A stretch of DNA of 63,981 bases, filler included, from Mitosporidium daphniae (taxonomy: Eukaryota): the NCBI RefSeq assembly GCF_000760515.2. It is 10 parts of 10 records of this genome, joined end to end, with 100 filler letters (N's around TTAATTAATTAA, not from the genome) between each part and the next. Parts side by side here need not be neighbours in the genome. Positions count along the whole stretch, not along the records: positions 1 to 6,990 come from NW_013546646.1; positions 7,091 to 14,032 come from NW_013546644.1; 8 more parts are not named here. The stretch is one strand, 5' to 3'. This document shows, in pieces, positions 1-11,800 of the stretch. The notes under the pieces were generated by a model. The model searched no databases. It was not told the origin of the DNA and saw only the letters and a list, made by a program, of their open reading frames with translations. Each line of letters opens with the position of its first letter. The first letter of the stretch is position 1. Position numbers and translations under genes: made by a program.

Positions 1-1330
1 TTTTGTCAATCAAAATCAAAAAGGCTCACTGCATAGGCGAGCTTGCAAATGCTTCCTTTTTGAATTCGATATTAGGTATTTTATTTCCCTCATTGTGATT
101 CTAGATAATTTTTGCTGGATTTATTCAGAATCCTCGATCGGTGATTTGATTGAGAAAATCAAAAAATTCATATTGTTGCATACGATATCTGAACACGGTG
201 CATACAATGCTTTTGTTGTATATTCATATCTTGTTGCCTCGTGTAAGGACATACTCTTCTGGGAAGAATATCCTTCTTTTTGCAAACATCTTACGGAAAC
301 TATCTGTCTCGATAAGTGTAAAAATTTTCTTGAAATGATAGTAAGTACGGAAGCCACCTTTTTCAACATCTATAATGATGAGCTTGGCAATAGAATTTTC
401 AATCTGGCGACTTATTCGTCAATTCTTCTCGAACTATTGAAATTGGTTCCATGGAACGTGTATCTTTGGAGCCAATATATATCTTGCCATAACCTTAGAC
501 ATCCTCAATATTCCTTTCTTGGAGATATTCCCCTAAAAACCTTTCAAGGGCTTTTATCATCAAGTGACGACAGTGCTGGCATGAAGCGCATCTTATCCTC
601 TGGTGCTACAACTTTTGTGATGACCAATTTACTGTTGTGCTCAGCGCAATATCCCCATGTGATTTCAGCCCAAACATTTTATAAGATACTTATCAATATG
701 GCTGCCATCAACGGGTACTTTTGTGAAATTAATTTTTAGTTCAAGCGTAGAATTATGGAAACTTGCTCTACTTTCACTAACTACCATTGGAGATGTTAAA
801 AACTGCACAATATTGGCATTAAATTCGGAGCCAGCCTCAAAAGATCTTGTTGTCTTTATACTTGAGCATGTTTCGAAAAACTTTTCCCCATCCGATTGCA
901 TCGATATTATTCGTATCATCACAGAACACATTGAAGAGATTGGAATTAACCAGTTCATTTCTGTGGACGAATTAAAATTAATGTTCGGCCAAGTTTAATT
1001 TTAGTTTTGATGACGCCCAGTGCTTGTTCTTTGCCTTTAGTTTTCAAGAATGGCATCTTTTACTTGCGCGCATCTTTCCTAACACGTTCTTCCCTTTGTA
1101 GGCATTTTTCTTCTTACCAGGGAAATAGCAACGAAGACCTCAGTAAAAGCACGACATCTCTGTTTGAAGATTCGATGCGAAATTCGGAAACCCTGTTTCC
1201 GTCTTCGTTGCCATTTATGGAGGAAATAACCACTTCAAACTCGGGAAGTGGCTATGTTTCGCTTTCAGAGGCAAAGCATAAATTCAGGCTATGGAAAAGT
1301 GCCCTTGTGAAAGGCGACAATACAACCTAA
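1..1330 (+). CDS. 5'-truncated multi-exon hypothetical protein (helical, no recognised domain)
   Basis: ORFs 95-739 and 723-998 join in frame through a 25-nt GT-AG intron at 715-739; further candidate introns at 76-104 and 993-1020; later junctions not resolved. Confidence 0.5.
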
Positions 1331-1376
1331 TTAATTTCGTGTAATAAACATAATTTTCTTCAATAAAAATTAATTT

Positions 1377-2108
1377 ATGGGCGGTGGGGGCACACGTGGC
1401 AACCCTTGCAATAATGCTTCGCTGTTTATAAGAGCCAATCGTAGCGGCTTTTCTACACCTGCCAGACACTGCCCTCACGTGGCAATTATACACAAATACG
1501 ACGACGTCGAAAAAGCATGCTCCTTGTTGAGGCAATCAACGGGAAACATCCTGTCGTTCGACACCGAAACAACGGTGACCAGAAAGAAGCTTATCGGGAT
1601 CCCATCCGTTATCCAGCTAGCGACTTTTAAACATTGCTTTATTTTCCAGATTTATAGAATGATGAATCGGGCAGGTCCCTGCAAAGCAGGCTTTCCAGAA
1701 CCCTTGAGAGAGCTTCTGTCATCAAACACCATTATAAAGGTCGGTGTCGGGGCCATTCAAGACTCCAAGGAGCTGGAGAGCAAATTCGCTTCGTTAAAAA
1801 TTTCAAATGTATTTGATCTCCAATCTCTGCTGGAGGCCTTAAAACTCCCAGCCTCAATTTCCAAATTTTCCAGGGTTTTTTCTCTTCCCGTTTATCGCGA
1901 AAAGCCGATCGATTCCAAATTGTCTTGGAAGGCGCACCTGAAGCGGAATTGGGATTATGAGCTAAATCTTGAAGAAATTAATTATGCTTCGAAGGATGTT
2001 TTTGCCGTGCTCTCTGGATTACGATCGCTAGTAAGAAATGCGCAGCCCGATTTACTGAAAACGGAGGTGTTCGATTTCGATGCCATATTAGAGCCGATTG
2101 CCGATTAA
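1377..2108 (+). CDS. DEDDy 3'-5' exonuclease, WRN/EXD2-like
   Basis: ExoI ILSFDTET, VIQLAT, KVGVGAIQD (ExoII), NWDYELNLEEINYASKD (ExoIII YxxxD). Confidence 0.9.
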   Translation: MGGGGTRGNPCNNASLFIRANRSGFSTPARHCPHVAIIHKYDDVEKACSLLRQSTGNILSFDTETTVTRKKLIGIPSVIQLATFKHCFIFQIYRMMNRAGPCKAGFPEPLRELLSSNTIIKVGVGAIQDSKELESKFASLKISNVFDLQSLLEALKLPASISKFSRVFSLPVYREKPIDSKLSWKAHLKRNWDYELNLEEINYASKDVFAVLSGLRSLVRNAQPDLLKTEVFDFDAILEPIAD

Positions 2109-2443
2109 TTTAATAAACGCTTATGATTTTGTAAACCCTTCATATTGACCACAATGTACAGGTTCCTTGATGGTGTCAAGCCGATGCCAATAGGCAGCCA
2201 GCGAAATGCGATATTCAAAAAAGGGTTAGGGTTATGTGTGAATGGATTTTCAAATCCCGAATTCAATTTCAAAACTTTAAAATCACTTACAAAAATAAAA
2301 TTTGAATCGCAGTGCAATAGTTTGAGTTCAGAAGCCTGATTTACGTAGATCTTTTCAATAGCAGTATAGTATTTTTACCTTTGCCTCTATCAGCCGTTGA
2401 TATTCGACTTTATTTTTTACTAACATCTAATACCCTTAAGGGC

Positions 2444-4855
2444 ATGTCTGTTAACCCGAATTTTATGCAGGAAGCGATCTTGTCCGATAAGGAGCTAGGA
2501 TCTCCCATCTTTGACAGATATGAAGTTTTGCCAGCTTCTAATCTGGTTGATAATATTATCAAGCCTGAGGTCGAAAAACAGGCCAATCCAAATCTCATCA
2601 ACCCTGCAACGCCACAGTCCAGCCCGGGTTGCTATGACTTCCCCCCCAATGCAAGCGAGCCAGGCTATTCACCATCAAAAAACCATGATGCCTTGCTTTC
2701 TTCGATTGACACCTCGGAGCAGCAGTACTTGATAGATTTAACTTTTAGTTTGTTAATGCACATATATAATTATCTGATGAAAAAATCACTCCCATTGACC
2801 GCTCAATCTCTGCTTTCAGAGTCTGGCTTGAAGCTTTCCGACGTGTCTTTGATTGGAAATACCGACAATAGCTTTATAAAGGAGTGGTGGGATGTTTTTT
2901 GGGATGTCTATTTATCTAAAATATCGACACCTTCCACTTCATCGAGTCCAGGAGGTCAGATTCCATGAAAATTTAATTTCTAGTTTCTAAAAGCTTTCAA
3001 TCGGCAATTGGCAACAATATGCCTTCTTCTATTCAGCCTGTGATACAAAGAACTGTACAATTGGCTGGTAAAAGGCTATCTTCTCCTGAGGCAAAAGGTA
3101 GTTTTGACCAAGGCCCATTGACATCTGTGGATTCCTGCTCAAGACAATCTCCTTTATCTGGCTCTTCCTCTGTGCCGTCAATTCCGCTTCCAGATTTTAG
3201 CAATGCTAAACAAAAGCCTGCTGGATTAGATTCATTGAATTTGGAAGAAAAGGTTTTTATCATTTTTGCTAACAAAATAGCATATTTGGCTGAGTCAGCT
3301 GCAACAGCAGTTTTACACCGCATATTCGCCGCAAAAAGCAAGTTCTTTTGAAAACGCATCACTCTCAAGCCCAGTTTTAGACTCTTCTTTGAAGAAAATT
3401 AAAGTCGAATCCTGTTCATTAGAGACTTCTAAACCTTCAGGCGTTAATTCCGCATCCAACATATCATCTTGCGAAACATATAATAGCACGTCTTCACAAT
3501 CGCCTTCAAAGGAATTGCAATCTGTATCTTCAATTGATAGGTACTGTGGTGCATGTTTCTAATTAATTTATAGGTCTTTGATCGGATTTTCCTCTGTTGC
3601 AGGTGCCAACCCTATGTTTAGGCAGAGGGCCACTCTTCAAACACAAGGAAAGATGGCACCAGCCCATCCACAGGGCCAGTATCTTACGAAACCATTTATT
3701 CAAACACCTCCGCTGCCTTCAACTTCACCGATAGTTTCATCCTCTCAGCAGGGAACATCTTGTAATATCCAACAGCATACATATGCTGGTATGCCGGAAA
3801 AACAGAATAATCAGGTGCGCCATCATCCCCAACCTTCACATCCTTTTCAAGCCCATCCATCTGGATACCCAATGCATCCTACTCAAGGGCAATTAAATTC
3901 TTTAAATTTCCAACAACAGCAGCAGCAACAGAAGCAACAGAAGCAACAGCGTCAACAGCAGCAGCAGCAAATGCTACACATCCAGCACCAGCAGCATCAA
4001 GCCATGTTATATCAACAGCAACAACGATGGTTTCAACAACACCAGCAAAATCAACAGTCTCAGTATTTCTCTCAGCACTTTGCGACCAATTTACAGTCTT
4101 CTCCTTCAAACGATATGCAGCAAATTCGTAAAATTTCAATGAATCAAGTTCCTCAAAATGGGCTACCTATCCCTTCTCAGGCTCAACCCCCATTTCATGT
4201 ACCATTTTTGCAACCTCAACAGCAATCACATCTCCATCCGCATTACCAACCTCAGAATTCTTCCAGGATTGCTCACCCTTTTGCTCACTTGAGCAGCGGC
4301 CAACTCCAAACTTTTCCCTCTCGGCAAAATGGAAATGGCAACGTAAGAGCCAATAATTTGGGAAATTGTTCAACCCAATCGGCCATCACTAGTAAAGACA
4401 CTAGCAGTGCTGACCAACAACCTAACAGAATAGCAGGTTCTGCGGAGGATATGATTTTTATTGACAATACTCAGAATATATTAACTCCCCATCCAACGGG
4501 TACTTCCGAAAGTTCTTCCCTTATCGATATATTTCCGCATTCGTCCTCGGTATCTCTTTCTGGCACTTGTCAAGGAGGCGAAGAAGCCCAATTTCAGTCG
4601 TCAAGTGTACAGGAACCTTCTTGTTCAAGTACAGCTCCGGGAATTTCATTCCAAACTCCAAATATCTCTAACGGCAACAGCATCAATGATCATCACCAAC
4701 ACCAACACCATCACTTGAACTTCATGACATCGATTGTTGATGACGAGGCCATAGGTAAAATAGAAGAGTCACTGCTTGGAGATCTAGACAATCTTTTTTG
4801 TTCTTCTGCAAGTGCAGCTAATACCATTACAGAAAGCTCCTCTACTTATTCATGA
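2444..4855 (+). CDS. LisH/LUFS-domain Gln-rich transcriptional regulator (Flo8/Som1/SSDP-like), multi-exon
   Basis: LLMHIYNYLMKKSLPLTAQSLLSESG...SFIKEWWDVFWDVY is the LUFS signature; candidate introns 2725-2748, 2955-2983, 3253-3280, 3541-3573 link to the Q-rich ORF 3578-4855. Confidence 0.8.
3911..4060 (+). repeat. CAA/CAG-rich poly-glutamine coding tract
   Basis: Encodes QQQQQQQKQQKQQRQQQQQQ... Confidence 0.85.
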
Positions 4856-4945
4856 TCGGGCCTTCTTGATGTGAGGAGACTCATTACTTGAGTGTATCAT
4901 AATGTAATAAAATTCAAATTTTGTAAATTTTATATCTGCTTATCA

Positions 4946-5486
4946 ATGGTACAGATTGGTAAATTTATCGTAGGCCAATGCTGCATCAAAAAGGGTAGGA
5001 CTTGAAAATCGAGCTGCTTTGAACTTTTACTTTGTTGGCTCCTTCTTCATAAGTGTATTTTGACAATATGTTATCCTGCATAGATGCTGTCATTTCTGAT
5101 TTCATTTTTTCGATCGGCATATCCAAATATCTTTGTTATCTGCATCTTATTCGCAGCTTTGCTATGCCTTTGGTACATGTCAAGACCGGTTGCAGACAAA
5201 AATGGCCGTTTGACAGCCGCAACCTCGATCTCAGATTCAAATAATTTTGTGTTCCAGTTTGTATCTTGGTCTTTTACGATTAGGTTATTGGCCGATTGCA
5301 TCTACATCAGCTGGATTGCCTTGTCAGTACAGCCATTCTGGAGGCCGATTCTTTGGGCATATGTTTTTGTATCCTGGCCATTCTAATAAGTAGATCCCTG
5401 TTTTTGCTTTGGCTAAGGCTGCCTTGGCTGCAAAAGCCCTATATCGAGGGGAATTCGCCTTGTCCGGTGCTTCTGCGAAAAAATAG
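4946..5486 (+). CDS. SND2: SND2/TMEM208 (SRP-independent ER targeting), multi-exon
   Basis: ATG is followed directly by a 25-nt intron (4949-4973), giving MANAASKRVGLENRAALNFY; then MSRPVADKNGRLTAA, DCIYISW and IPVFALAKA typical of DUF788. Confidence 0.8.
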
Positions 5487-5582
5487 GTCACATATACATA
5501 CATATGCATGTGCATGCATATACAAACATGTATCTATGCACATTTATTGGCAAAAAGAACACGGAAATAAATCAATGGATGT

Positions 5583-6945
5583 TTATTTTTCATAAACGTC
5601 TTCTTCCATCACGCTTTTTGGGAGCAGTTTGGAGTTTTTTTCATTTCGAGCTGCCAATTCGTCATTCGAAAATTCCCGTCTCCTCAACATGATTCCCGCC
5701 GTGTTGGACCCTGCAAGAAGAGTGTCTTGTTTGGATGCACTAAGGGTGTTTCTTCTAGATTTAAGTAGCAGTTTGCTTTGAATTGGATGGTAAAGTGCCT
5801 TATCATCACACACTGATATCAAATACAGATTTGAAGTGGACCGGGTTGAGGGCGTCGAAGCAATGCTTGTCTGGTAATAGAAGTCCTTTACAAAAGGAAG
5901 CGGAAGATCAGTGGTTGGCATGGGAGAGGGATCCACCTGGCCTGGATTTTCTGCAAAATTGACACAGAACTGTTGTGAGGCGGGATGAGAAGACGTCGGC
6001 GCATACATGTAAAAAAATCGTTCCTTCGGGTTAGATANCAAATTTAAGGGACGCGCAAATCCCTTCGGTGGCTCTAAAACAGACGGTTGCGATGGTGAAC
6101 ACACAACGTCACCTGGCTTGTATGGATAGCTATCGCACAAAAACAAACCATATCTGCATATCAAAATGGGAAAATTACCTGTCAGGCCAGGACGCCAGGT
6201 CCGGAAAAATAGGAAAGACCTTTTTTACAGAAAGATTTGGATGCAGGGGGTGTCGCAGGGTTTCCCGAACCGTATCAACACATTCTGCAGCCGAAAATGT
6301 CTGCTCAATTATGGCAACGGCTCTATCTACGGACATCGGCTGGGAAGAAAACTCTTCTTTCAGACGAGAACTACAAAATAAGTCGGCATTGTACCTATCG
6401 GCCAAGGATCTTGCTTCGGACTTTATTTGCCAAGGTTCATGCTTTCTGAGCCAGGAAAATGATTTTTGAGGATTTTCTGCCATCGAGCCATTTGATGTTT
6501 GCGACTGTGAGTGAGGGAGACATGATGGTATTTGAGGGAAATTGGTTTTTTCTCCCAAATTTAGAAGCTCCTGATCCTCTGAATCTACTTCAGAAGGAGT
6601 TTTCTCCATAGAGAGTGATTTTTTGTCGATCAACGAAAGGGGCAGTATCTCATTTATGGGAACTTGAATTTCCTTATACCTATAAGCGTTCTCAAGTGAT
6701 GAGAAAGATCCTTCCTGGTAGCATGCATATTTAGATGGGTCGACGCTAAAGCAAAAAAGAGAAAGGGGCATTGGGAGCGGCGGGAGTGTATTTTCATATT
6801 TGGTCCTGCACAGGAATTCACTGCCTTTCCTAAAAGATAAGTATTGCATCTCTTTAAACTTTGAATTAAAAGACCGCGGGTCTGTTTTGGATACAGTGTT
6901 TCTAGGCGCAGAGGATGAAGAAGCATCGGGGATCGGGATTCCCAT
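5583..6945 (-). CDS. PAF1: RNA polymerase II-associated factor Paf1
   Basis: FLCRTKYENTLPPLP, FSWLRK, IEQTFSAA, HPLHPNLSVKKVFPIFPD; ORFs 6175-6945 and 5583-6164 presumably joined by a short intron. Confidence 0.85.
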
Positions 6946-6990
6946 TTGCTATTAAAATTGAAAAATGAAATTTTTTAAACCGCCTTGTGT

Positions 6991-7090
6991 NNNNNNNNNN
7001 NNNNNNNNNNNNNNNNNNNNNNNNNNNNNNNNNNTTAATTAATTAANNNNNNNNNNNNNNNNNNNNNNNNNNNNNNNNNNNNNNNNNNNN
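6991..7090. other. Artificial contig linker N44-TTAATTAATTAA-N44
   Basis: 100-bp spacer with stops in all six frames; identical copies at 14033-14132, 21016-21115, 27915-28014, 34805-34904, 41669-41768, 48518-48617, 55317-55416, 62070-62169. Confidence 0.98.
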
Positions 7091-7607
7091 TAACAGATAG
7101 CCTATCTCTAAAATAGGATTCGAAATGTTCTTTTTCATCTGATTCCCACAGCTCAAGACCGGTGGAAGTCATGCCAGGAATAATAAAGACCGGATGTTTT
7201 GCCTTGAAGTCAAAGTGCTTTGCAATTCCCCCCGGAGTCGAGCTAAGCGGTACATCCTGTTCTTTAGCGGTATATTGGCTATCTGTTAACCAATATAACA
7301 TGGCTTTAGATATTGGAGTAGGTAGCTTGTCAAACAAGCCACTGTACATGTCATCGGACAGTAGGAACGAAAAGGGGTGGTCGTTATTTTTGGATGCACC
7401 CTTGAAAAACGGAAGGATAAAGATTCCCATAAAGCATCCCAATAATGCAGACATTAATAAAAGCCTTTTGGAGAATTTCTTAATGATTAGAGGTGGTGGC
7501 TCAGAGTAGGCAGGTATCTCAGGCACATTAAAATTTTGCATCTTGTCTGCAGTCTTTTCTGGGGCGCAATCCAAATCTTCCTGGGCACCGAGAGGATTGT
7601 AACTCAT
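7091..7607 (-). CDS. LRO1: Phospholipid:diacylglycerol acyltransferase (PDAT/LCAT family), 3'-truncated by contig end
   Basis: N-terminal TM helix, then KAKHPVFIIPGMTSTGLELWE...YFRDRL. Confidence 0.9.
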
Positions 7608-7697
7608 CGAAATTTAAAAAACTCAACTCGGAGAAATTCCATTTCTAATGTTGCGTGTAACCCTAACCACAATTTTCAAATTCACAAAACATCAGCA

Positions 7698-8855
7698 TCA
7701 GCTGAGTGCGGGCCTGAAACAGAGGCTTTTTAACTCTTTTTGCGTCTTGCTTAGTATCAAATCAAGCTTCTGGGAAAGGCCCAAGTCAGATAAATTATTG
7801 TTCCTGTGAACTCCCAATGAAAAAGAAAAATTGACATTATTGGGATGTAATAGCGTATTCAATTGATGTTTAAAATAGGAGCTAACTGGGGTGCCAGAGT
7901 ATATGCCCATCAATGGAGCCAATAAATTGGAATTTTTCAAGCGGTTTGGTACCGAGGTGTTTCCGTCTAAAAGTTCCATACTCTGCTCAACATACCGACA
8001 ATATTCTTTCACAACCGCCACTCTTTTCTCATTGATCAGTTGATACTTGAGTTGGTCAGGTGTTTTGTCCAAGCTTAGAGAAAGAGCATATAGAATCATT
8101 GGATTATCATACAAAGATCTGCCAATCATGATATTCCCAGAAAAGCTTTGAAGATGGTGTTCGATTTCAGAGACACACTTAATATCGCCATTGATCGAAA
8201 ATGAGGTGCAAGGAAAGACGCTCGCAATTTTATATACAAAGTCATAATTTATGGGAGGAATCGTTCTATTCTGTTTTGGAGAAAGTCCTTGAAGCCACGC
8301 CTTCCTTGCATGCACATCTATGGAAATTTTGTCTGATGGCCCAATTTTTGCAATAAACGCCTTGAAAAATTCAAACGAATCGTTGTAATCAATGCCTGTG
8401 CGACATTTTAGCGAAAAAGAGCACATTGGAAGAGAGTCTGCGGCATTCATGATGATCTTAGATACCAATCTAAATACATGCCATACGAGCTTACTCTGGA
8501 TTGAGCATCAATGCAGCTCCGGAAGATGCAGAGCACGCAATCTTGGTGCTTGGACATCCGCAGTTTAAATTAAAAGAGGCATATCCAAAATCATTGTAAA
8601 GACGCTTACAGGCGTCAAGAAAGTCGGGTGCAGAGTTGGAGGCAATCTGGACAACTGTTTTAGCATCCCATTTCCCTAAAAAGGACTCCAGATTTTCGGT
8701 ACAAGCATCTAAGGCAATCAAAAAAAGACCCAAAATTTTACTTTGTCCACGAGCATTTCGGTATACAAAACCGGCATTTCATGAACGAGTCGCACTAGTC
8801 TTCGTGCATTTGCAGTGGAAACGGCAACCATTGGAGCAGCAAGAATTCTGTTCAT
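7698..8855 (-). CDS. tRNA-dihydrouridine synthase, DusA-type, multi-exon
   Basis: MNRILAAPMV...LYTEM; FNLNCGCPS..GAALM; VHARKAWLQGLSPKQNRTIPPINY; INGDI; MIGR. Intron 8470-8494; the first exon junction near 8710-8741 is not cleanly resolved. Confidence 0.9.
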
Positions 8856-8881
8856 TTTAATAAAAAATTAATTATTCATGA

Positions 8882-11800
8882 ATGTTGGGCTTCCAACCTT
8901 CTGCGANCTTGAGTTCCGTCATTTCGCACGGCGAATTTGAGCTCATAAAAGATGAAATATTTTCTTTGAAAGTGTCTATCAAGGCAATTTTTCTCGCTGG
9001 AGAATNCAGGTCGAGCAAAGCAGATTTGGGCCTTTCTAGATTCTATTCAAGCGAAAAAGTTGCCAATTTTCGGCTGAGTAAAGGTTCCTCCAAGCGCTCG
9101 GTTCTTCTTTGTGTCTGGGGCATATTGAACGCGCTAAAAGACCTTTCTAATGCCTCCTCAAATATCTCAATGGCAACTGACATTGCTACATTGCTAATTT
9201 ATCAAATTGACAGCTTTGTGGCTCTCATAGAAAGCTCGAGTGTGGTAAATGCTCCAGCCTTGGTGCTTGAAATGCTGCTTTTGTTTGCAAAGCTTGGATC
9301 GACTCTTTTTTTTTTGGCAGATGTTCTGCAGCTCAGTTGCATAGAATCTTTTGCGTTCAAATTTTTCAAAACCTTGTTACTTCGGCTTTCCCCCATATGG
9401 TTGAAAGGCAACCAGAAATGGACAGGCAATTATCTGCACCACTCTTACGTGTCCATTTTCAAGTCGCTTGACAAAATTTTTTGGGGCCTGTCGATAGGCA
9501 TTGTTCTTTTGTTAAACTTGGATTTCCAAGAGCTTCTTCAAATTTGGCTGGAGCGTTCGCTGAAAACAGATATGTGGAGACCATCAAATTACCTAGCCAA
9601 GGAGATTGATTTCCAGGAAATAGGGATTTCCTCGCCACTAGAGTGCATCTATCTGTGGCTATCAATCGCACCAAAGATGTTCATGAACACGCTGTTGTCA
9701 TCCTCGATCTGGGAAAATCGGTTTAAACAGGCCGTTTTGCTCAACGACGAAATTGCGATCAAATACACCTTGGAGGATGTCATTTGGAATCCGTTTATAT
9801 ATGTATCTATCTCATGGTCGCTCGCCATTTCAAAACAGCAGCATTCATATTGGACTGACGGTGGAGGCTCTTATTTCCTGCAGCATTTGTATGCTCTCTT
9901 TGCAAAACTTGACGGCAACAATGGGTCCAAATTTTCGTTGTGTTGGCAACTTTTGCTTGCAAATTCGCTCAAATTGATCTCCATAGTTGGGGCCTTTCCA
10001 AATGATTTGTTTTTTTGGTTTTTTGAAATCCATGCACATAGGATAAGAAAAAGAGAAACGAACTGCCTAGAATTTGAAATGGAGGATTCGCAATTTCTTT
10101 CTCTTTTACGAATTCACTTTTCTAATATTGACTTGGCAGCTCAACCCCACTCTCTGATTACGAAAATGCTTCTACTGCTTCCCCGGTCAAAGTTCACAGG
10201 CCTTGATACAGATTTATCTGAAAAAAAGGCTGTCTTTTGGCTGAATGTAATTAACCTTCTTGGGAGGAAGTGCATTTTTTCGCAAAAGGATGGAAACGGA
10301 CTGTCCGATTCAATTGTATATTCCATTCATCATTCGTTCTGCAGGCTTTTTTTGCCTTGCAAAACCGAATTTTGCTTTCAGGTTTTAGCGGACCTTTCTC
10401 AATCATCCTCACTTGATGCTGGGTGTATAAAGCAGTTTTTTGATTGCCAAAATGCTAGTAGACGAAGCTTATTCATAAATACAGCCTTAGAACAGTTGGT
10501 ATACTTTTATGAGCAACTTAAAGCGATGCCACTTGTTTCTTCAAAAGAGCAGATCACTCATGCTTTTTTCAAGCCAAGCGAAAAATGTGCCGAGCAAACT
10601 CTGCTAAGGTCAAAATATTGTCGCTTCTTTTACGTATTTTTTGATGCTCTCTGCAGGTGGGAGTTTCCAACGCTAAGCCTTGTTTTGTCGAATTTAGACG
10701 TTTTCATGGGCGTTATAGAGCTTTTGTTCAAGTGTGACAAAAAAAGCTATCTAATGGCAATCAAGGGCGTGGGTACCCTTTTTACCCGTGTTCTTTCCTT
10801 TTTCCCAGACTATGTTTGTTGGGAGCCCATGGAACTACCTTTTGACCTCTCCAAACAGGCGCCATTTGTTGCGATAGCCATGAAACTATTCTGCGAGTCT
10901 CGGTCCTCCATATCGGTTTCTTTTTTTTGCATTTATTTTAGAAAGCTTGCGCCTCGATCAGCAACTTTGTCACGAACAGACTCGGTGAAGGCCCTTTAAA
11001 TTCCGAAGAAATATCTTTTCTGTCGGCATTGGCGTCAAGTTTTGTGCGGCTTCTTTCCTTTTCATCATTTCAGGTGTTAAAATGCTACCATTAATCAATC
11101 GTAGGAAGCTAGATGTCTTGTCAAGGCCGTTGGCATCAACTCTATATGGTTTACAAAGTGTACAAACAGTGGTTCGTTGATTGGAAGCTCGTTCCATAGA
11201 GCTTATTGTTATCGATTTACTAGCCTTTATTTGAGATTTGAGCCTAGTTTAGGAACAAATGAATCCGTGCTGGGGCTTGTTGAGGCATTGAAGCTATGGG
11301 TGGTCTCAATGCTTGAAATTAAAGATGCACATCTTATATGCAAGGATTTTGCCAAATGCATCTTATTTAGAGCACGGCAAATATCCAGCATCAACCTTGT
11401 TTCCAAACAAAATCGAGACCAACCAGCAAATTTCGCTGGCCACGACGATGAGGATGATTTTGACACACAGTTTGAAAGAGACTTGCTCAATTTGCCTGAA
11501 ATACAGAATTCCCCGTCTTTTACACAAGAGCCCCACCTTGAGCGCTCAACGATAAAAAAAAATTCCGCAGGCAAAGAACTAAAACCAGATTGCGATGAAA
11601 AGACCGCTCTGATAAAAGGTTAATTTGAGCACTTATTCCTTAGAAGTATTTTATGCCATTCGATCCGCTGTCGATCCGATTGTGGTATCGGATCTTTTTA
11701 GAGACTGCTTGAATCTGTATTATGACTTTCGAGCAGAGTTAGGCCACTCCCCGGATACCGCTGGTGTCAAAGCTTTCGATGCGTTTCAGATAAAGTTTTT

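Noticed and set aside
7035..7046. Regularly recurring TTAATTAATTAA palindrome as a biological motif
   Set aside because: Always centred in N44 flanks; it is an assembly linker
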